From Yuukianura sp. NJ FZ-2021 (taxonomy: Eukaryota): 64,000 nucleotides of DNA. The position numbers and the translations under genes were made by a program. The stretch is from the NCBI GenBank assembly GCA_046563655.1, contig CM102284.1, positions 7,998,001-8,062,000 on the forward strand. The letters run 5' to 3'. Under the pieces are notes generated by a model. That model saw only the letters and a list, made by a program, of their open reading frames with translations. It did not search any database and was not told where the DNA came from. Positions 57,001 through 64,000 of this stretch are shown here, one piece after another (the stretch's first letter is position 1; the number at the start of each line of letters is the position of its first letter).

Positions 57001-59515
57001 TGTTAGGAATGCATGGCAATGTTCAAAAGTAAGTGGAAAGTAGAAAACTAGTTTCAGAGTGAAGTTGGATCGTCAATGGCAAAATGATGGATGTAATGAT
57101 TGTGCCAATTTGAGGGCTGTTTTTGCTTTCACCGCCGCCACTGCGGCGGTGTGTGACAAGTGAAAGTGAAATTGTGAACTTTTTTTTTCGTTCGTGGCGG
57201 AAGAATCGAATGGAGATTAGGACCTACGTGTCACTTACACAACTCTGCATCATTACGTTTCATTCCCGTTTTCACCATGCAAATGCTACACAACATAGTT
57301 TAACATTGGTCGCAGAGCGGCAAAGTTTGAATTCCTTTTGTACTGATTACGAAGGTGACGAAAAGTGTCGACGCTCCGTTAAGTGTCGAGAGACTTCGTT
57401 TCCACTTGAATTTGAATTTAGATGCACCACTTCTACACGGCGATGCTCTCAAAACTACGAAAGTGCTTTTTTTATTTTTGAACTTTGGCTCTCTTTTTAG
57501 CCTAACGTTAGCCTAACATTAGGTTAGGGCATAACCTAACTTCTGAGTTAGGATAAGGAAGATTTTTGGTAAAGAAAGCTCAGAAAAGCTCCCTCGTGCC
57601 CACCATCAATCATTCAGCGATTTCTCCCTCCTGACTCCAACTCTCTGACTTTAATCAGATGAGGAAATCTGAGCTCCTACATAGTTACTCCCTCCGCTTC
57701 TTTTTCCAACATAAAAGTACTTTCTAGTCAACTGGCAACTGGAATCGAAGAAAAGGTGCTTTCCCTAGTATGATGACTTTCACAACAACTTCCACCAGTC
57801 ACACAAAATACAGTTTCAATTTCCGCTTCTTTACAAGTTCTAAAAAAAGCCCGCCGAAACTTTTTTTCTGCAGGAGAGTGAAAGAAACCGTTCGACTTTC
57901 TCTTTTTTTCTGCCGTGAATTTTTGAGCCAAAGGAAATCCGTTGTCGTTTTTTAAAAAAACGTGGATTCTGGTTGTCGTTTTTTGAAAAAAGTGGATTCT
58001 TCATGAATCTCATCTCTTGTGCTGTGAGTTGACAAATCCGATGGGATCATTCCATCAAAAGAGAAAGCTCAGCTCTTCCATCCGACTCATCCTTGGCATA
58101 TCTCTTTTAGTCGTCTTAAAGGTACCTTCTTCGTTCCAAAGGACACAAAGGGCCCCCTCCCCTTAGACTCTGCTGTTCTTCCGCCACCACTTCATCAATT
58201 GAATCTACATCCTCTTAGGTACAGTGATCGAGTCTACCTTGGATCCATTTTTACAAAAAAAAAAAAAAGTCACGTGAAAGTTGGAACTCTGGAGCATAGA
58301 AAGTTTGGAGTGAAAATTTGGATGGAATTTTAGTTTGTGAAACACTTTGGCCTTGTTGATGCGTATGATTTAATTTTTTGAAAATTTTTTCGTCCAGAAA
58401 AAAAAATCAAGTGATGGAAGCTTGAATTGATGAGAAGAGAGAAAGTGAAAGTTGTTTGAAACTGACGCTACTCGCGATGTTCTGGTTCACTGTACCAACA
58501 CGCGAAAAAGTTAGGGTTAGCAAACTCCGCTATCAGGTCAAAAACAATTAGGTAAAAAAAAATTAGTTCAACAATGCATATCAAATTTATCTTTTCAGAG
58601 GGAATTTTTCAGAAAATTTAAATAAACCAAATTCTAGTTGACCCATTTCAGTTGACCCAATTACTGTTGATCTAATTGCATCAAAAATCAAGTTTCATGA
58701 AACCAAACCCTGCAGAAAGGCGTCAGTGGCTGGGAAGCTGTGGGTTTGAAGGCCGAAGTGACAGAGATCAATGATGGTGCAAAGGCTTGCCAAAAACCTC
58801 TTCTTCCGGCCTGCTTTCTCCTCACTTTTATTATTCCTGATAAACTACTATTATGTGCACTTGTCTTGCGTTTTTTGGAGGGAGTAACTATGTCCTCTGC
58901 TGGAGGGAGTAACTACGTCTCTGAATTATTCCCCATAACATATCCAATAACTCTGAAACTAAAAAATAAAGGAAAACAATAGGGGAGAGGCCCAATTGAG
59001 AAGAAAAAGAGAGGAGCCAAGTGCTTTTTAGAACATAAACTTCAAGGAGGATGAGACAACACACAAAGGAAATTCCAACAGACTTTCTTTCAAAATCCGT
59101 TTTTTTCTGTGCTTTGTTCAAATGACTCTTGAAGAAAGTAGAACAATGGAAACTGGGCTTCTTTTGTTTTTAAACTTCCTTTTCTTCTTTTCTCTTCAAA
59201 ATAAAATATCACCGGTATTTCCTCTCACCACTTCCGCCCACTTTCTCTTACGTGCTTTCCCTTTTTTTTTCTTGCCAAAGTGGAAACAATGAAACTGAGC
59301 CGCTCTAGAGTTTTTTTTAGAAAAGGGCCAAAAAATAACATTGTTTTTAAAAAACTTTTACTTTTTTCTTTGAAAACGATAATGGTTTATCCTCTGAGTT
59401 GGATGAAAGAAAAAGTAATGTCCAATACTGGAACAACTTTTTCTGGAAGGTTCCCACGCGTAAGAGATAGGTTGAGCCTGGAGGATGATCGTATAAAAAC
59501 GACACTTTCACTTTT

Positions 59516-59592
59516 ATTGTACGAAACCAAAAGGTTCCGCGTGAGAAAAGTGATATTGTACGAAACCAAAAGGTTCCGCGTGAGAAAAGTGA
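59516..59592. repeat. 39-bp perfect tandem duplication
   Basis: ATTGTACGAAACCAAAAGGTTCCGCGTGAGAAAAGTGA present twice. Confidence 0.9.
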
Positions 59593-60253
59593 GGGTCTAA
59601 TCAAACAGTAAAACATATGCTTTGGTCGGCACTATTTAACAAAAGTAGGTTACTGCAAACGACCTTATCTGATGCGGGAGAACGAAAAAAAAGGCGGGAA
59701 TATAAAATCATAAAACGAATGTTTTTATTTTTTGAAAAAAAGTGATGAAAAAGACAGATTTGGGCAGAATAGAAGAGTGGCAGGAGAAAAAAGAATTTGG
59801 GTTGAGAAGAGAAAGTTTTTCCGGTTCAAAATTTATTTTGTTATGCCGAGTTTTATTCATGAGACTAAAAAAAGAGGAACAAAGTGCTATAAAATATTTC
59901 ATGCATTTTGATCATTTTCTCCTCGCTTCCTTTCTCTTTCCGCCTAATTTTCTCCCGTTCCGTCCACCTTTTGAACTCAAATTACACTCAATTCTGTCTC
60001 TTTTAAAAAATAAACATTCAAAAACTGTGTTTTGTTTGAAAAAGTGTAATTTTAGAACAAAAATTTCAAAAATAAACTTTTGAAATTGGTGCGTCACGCA
60101 ACTTTCTTTTAGGTGAAAGGAAGGAAACACATAAATAATAATTTAGTTTAAATATTTAAGCATTTTGAGTTCCAATTTTATCTCGACTTGTCTTTTTTCT
60201 CTCGTTTACGCTTTTCCGTTTATTCACGTTTACGCTTTTACTTTTACGTTTTT

Positions 60254-60496
60254 ACCAAGGTGCGTAGACAAAAAAAAACTTATCCTACATCAGGTTGTCC
60301 AATAACTCCATGTTTTAAAATTTGTTTGAAAGTAGGAAATCTGTCTTTCTCAGGTAATTTTTTGAGTGTAATGTAAATGAGATTGATTGGTGCTAAATTG
60401 GTGTCAAAAGTTGTTTGAAGCAAGATTTTTGAAAAACCCTGAGTTGTTGGACAACCTGTTGTAGGAAATACAATTCGGCTGTCAAATAACCTTGGT
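60254..60496. mobile_element. ~240-bp MITE, copy 1
   Basis: Ends ACCAAGG / CCTTGGT; internal IR TCCTACATCAGGTTGTCCAATAACTC / GAGTTGTTGGACAACCTGTTGTAGGA; homologous to 61540-61772. No clear TSD. Confidence 0.75.
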
Positions 60497-61460
60497 TTTA
60501 CCCCAGGTTTTACGTTCTAAACTTTACATATTTACGTCTGCGTTTACGTTTTCCATCTCGTGGTTCCTAATTTGGGAAGTTAATGAATTCCGTCCATTAA
60601 ATTTCCTCACCTCTGGCTTCCTAAGTTCTCATCATAATCATCTTTGTTTGACCAAATAAAGTCCCGCTGTGGGCAAAACTACCAACTTTCACCTCATCTC
60701 TTAACAGTTGATTCCTTGTGCATTACATAACTTAATCTGTGCTTTCACTTTATAAACCTATGCTTTCTCTACTTTCTTCAGTTCATGCTAATTAACAAAC
60801 TCACCAGCACCAAAACTTTTAGACGATTCCTTCCACAAAGAAAAGAGAAAGTAACCATGGTTACGCTTAACTTTGGATAAGCTTCGGCTACTTTTGCATT
60901 TGACTTTACGAGCTCACCAGAGGCCCTTAAGTCCTCCAGGCCCTTAAAACCCTGCAGTTGGACTTAGAAAATGGAAAAGTTAGTTTCTGGAATGCTTATA
61001 AAATTAAACCGAGTTTTCTTTTCAACTGTTACAAACAGACGAGAGAAAGTCTCCAGCAAACTTTCACTTCCAAGTTCAAAATTCTGTTGGTTGTGCTTAA
61101 TTCCTTTTGACTTATGATAATAATTTACACATCTACGAAGTTCCCGCCTCGTAAAAACAGTCTCCTGCTTTTTCATAAACTTCCACTTCAAAATCCCTTA
61201 CTTTCTAATGACTATCTCTTCCTTTCTGTGCAGAAAGGAAGAGGGAACGTGAAATTCTGGGCCAACACAAACCGAAGTCAAACAATAAATCAAGTTTTGG
61301 TGTCAGTTTGAATCAGAGAAAAGCGTAGCTCAAATAGTTACTCCCGCCGACTTTCCTTGCGGAACCGCTCTGATATTTTCCATACTGTTCCGAAACCAAC
61401 AGCACCGCACGAAAGATGCTTCTTCGTTCGTGTATTGTCTGCTCTACCTAAGTGAAATTA

Positions 61461-61832
61461 CCGTAAAACTTCTCATAAATTCCCAGGCGTTTATTTAAAA
61501 TCTCAACTCTTACCCTCCGGCGTTTAATAGAGAGTCCGTACCAAGGTTGGTAGACAAAAATTTTTTTCCTACACCAGGTTGCCCAGTAACTCGAAGTTTT
61601 AAAATTTCTTTGAAAAAAAATCTGCCTTTCTATGGTAATTTTTTGCATGTAAATTTAAGTGGGATTGGTTCAGAAATTTGTTTGAAGTAAGATTTTTGGA
61701 AACCCTTAGGTATTGGACAACCTGTTGTAGGAAATACAATTTGTTGTATTTCGGTTGTCAAGAAACCTTGGTTCCTACTTTATTAGAGACCCGGCGCTTA
61801 TTATAGACAAGCCTTTATTAGAACTTTTACGG
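61461..61832. mobile_element. TA-flanked CCGTA-ended MITE carrying a nested ~233-bp MITE (61540-61772)
   Basis: TA-CCGTAAAACTTCTCATAAA ... TTTATTAGAACTTTTACGG-TA; the inner element is copy 2 of 60254-60496. Confidence 0.75.
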
Positions 61833-64000
61833 TACGCACTTTCTCCCGCTTTTTTTGAACTGTAGAATATGTGAGTAAGTTTGACTCGCGAGTGCTGAGT
61901 GATATCAGCCTTCGTTTTTCGTGTCTAAAAGGCTCTTTTTTCCACAAAAGAATGGAAGTTCAAAATGTAAAGTGGGAAATTCTTTTGCTGCGTCTTGTAG
62001 CATATAAATCATTGGGGAATAAAATAGGAAAGGAAGAAATTCTCCTCTAAATTCCTCTTCTCGGTTGAACCAAAAGTGAAAAGGAAATGCGTTTTAGAGC
62101 ACCATGCTAAACATTCCCAAACTTTCTACTTTTTCCCTTTTCCACACTTATTTCTTCAATCCAAAACAAGAAAAACGGGGTGACTTGACTTGCAACCTTT
62201 TTTTAAGCAAGAGAAAAATGGCGGGAAAGAAGTGGTGAAAGGCATTTTCCTTGGTTACGAAAAAGTTTCATGACTATTTTGGAAGGGCACGACTTTTAAA
62301 TAAAAAAGGAAGAAAAAATTTCACTTTTTAGCTGTTTTTTCGAAATGTATTGAGTTAGGTAGAAAAAAAATGTGTGGCCCGTGCTTTAAAAAATGTTAGG
62401 TCATATGTTGGGATGTTGGGGTTGAAATTTTTCAATTTTTCTTTTCAACTTTCTGTTTTGCTCTCCTGAAATTTGAGTAGCGTTGAAAGTCAATTCTGCG
62501 AGACGAAGGGAGTAACTACAGTGTGTTTGAAAGGAGAAATGAAAGTGGTCCATCTTGCAGAAGAGGCATGACATTCCTAGCGGATGTCTCAGACTTTATT
62601 AGACTTCTGCCTAACCTAATGGTTAGGGTAACCTAACGGTTAGGCTAACCTAATGGTTAGGCTAAAAGTTAGCCTAACGCTTGTGAGCCTCCAATGATGA
62701 ATGTCTTCTTTCGTCAAATGTGAGTGAAAGTGGCAGGGAAGCTCCAGTCATGAATTTCCGTCAGCAGTCCACTTTTTGTGAATGAATAAACCCAGCTTCC
62801 CAAATGTACAGTACGGCCCGCATAAGTAACAAAAAGAACAAGGTTTGTTGACTTTTGATTTTCTTTAACAGGTTGAGTAATATTACATGTTTTTGGATTT
62901 TCCAAAAAAAGTATCTTTTGATTTAGGGGCATCGTAGTCGTAACAGCACAGCCATTTCTTTCAATTTTGCATTCGAATTCATACCAATTTTTTGGATTAG
63001 TAAGTACTATAAATTAGTACTAAATTTGTTTGTGTTTTTTTTGTTAACAAGAGAGCTAGTACCCAACCTGTAAAGAAAATTAAGTTTTCGTTGTCAAGGA
63101 ACCTTGGAAAAAGAACAAAGAGAAGGTGCTTTGAACAATTTTTTTCTCCGTTAGTTATTTCGGACCGCACTGTACATCCCTTTTTCTATTTGAAAATTCA
63201 GTGCACACTGCCTTATATTCCTAAAGACCTGGAAATTTTTAGAGAAGCCGTGGGATTCGAACCCACAACTACCACAGGAAGGATGGAGCGGGAAAGTGAA
63301 AGCGTGCATGACTCCTGCCGTCTCGTTACATTCCTCTGCAAAGTTGGGCGAAGCGCGAAAATTCAAAAAAGTGAGGTTTTTCCTTCCTAGAAAAAAGTAG
63401 GGTAGTAAGTTTGGACTTTGAGAATCTCACTTTTTACGTCTCGCGGGAGAAAGGAGATGATTGAATTCCAGAGCCACACAAAGGTTTTTAGATCGTCGGT
63501 TCGTTAACTTTTTCCATTTTGGAAAAAAAGAAAATTGGCATACGGTTTTTGGCGCTCTTTTCACCAAACTCGGTCGTAGTGAGTGTGAAATTTGATTTAA
63601 TTCACTCCTCCTGCCGTCCGCTACACACAAGGAATGGAATGCATATCATTTGCATCATTTCACTTTCACCCAAAATCCGCCAAAAGTGGAACTTATGTTG
63701 TTGTTATGTTGAAAGTTTGGAAGAAAAACTGAAACTCCGGCCATTCGCTTTTCAAATCGAACAAGACCACCCTTCTGTCGCTTCCCAAGGTTCCTTGACA
63801 ACGAAACGTTAATTTTATTTAACAGGCAGCGTACTACCTCGCTTATGGATAAAAAAGGAAAAAAAAACAGCAGAAATTGGTATCAATTTGTATGCAAAAT
63901 TTAAAAAAAAAATTGCTGTATTGTTATGACTACGATGCACTGAAATGAAAAGTTGCAAAATCGAAATAGGATGAGGTATTACCCAACCTACAGAAAATCA

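Noticed and set aside
63240-63320. Minus-strand tRNA candidate (GTGGGTTCGAATCCCAC)
   Set aside because: Only the T-arm/B box is intact; no cloverleaf. At most a SINE remnant.

Overview
Eukaryotic, intron-containing DNA from an arthropod (TTAGG telomeric units, arthropod-type gene set); the AT-rich 60-90 nt introns and dense MITE content suggest a springtail-like compact genome, which is inference only. Bases 1-32 kb are gene-dense: an SLC25A35-like mitochondrial carrier (-), an MCF2L/DBS-like Sec14-spectrin-DH-PH RhoGEF (+), an orphan Cys-rich coiled-coil gene (+), a UBA-PTH2 peptidyl-tRNA hydrolase (-), GckIII/STK24-family kinase (+), WDR61/Ski8 (-) and LMBRD2 (-). Bases 32-64 kb hold one neuroligin gene (-) with large introns and upstream DNA. 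No transposase ORF is visible, but there are many non-autonomous elements with readable ends: Tc1/mariner-type TA-TSD MITEs, 8-bp-TSD elements, a TTAA piggyBac-like element and two Helentron/DINE-1-like elements. The most unusual observations are: (1) two foldback elements with unrelated arms that share GG..AGGTAAG ends, 8-bp TSDs and a central (TTAGG)4 telomeric core, both at gene 5' ends; (2) an 11-copy 14-bp motif GGAGGGAGTAACTA confined to the neuroligin locus; (3) a 162-bp tandem array whose units can each pair with one upstream antisense arm; (4) a MITE pair whose TIR tips changed in concert, one inserted into a splice donor; (5) a possibly intermediate-filament-derived orphan gene with duplicated GC splice donors. 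Exon boundaries were read by eye and no databases were searched.
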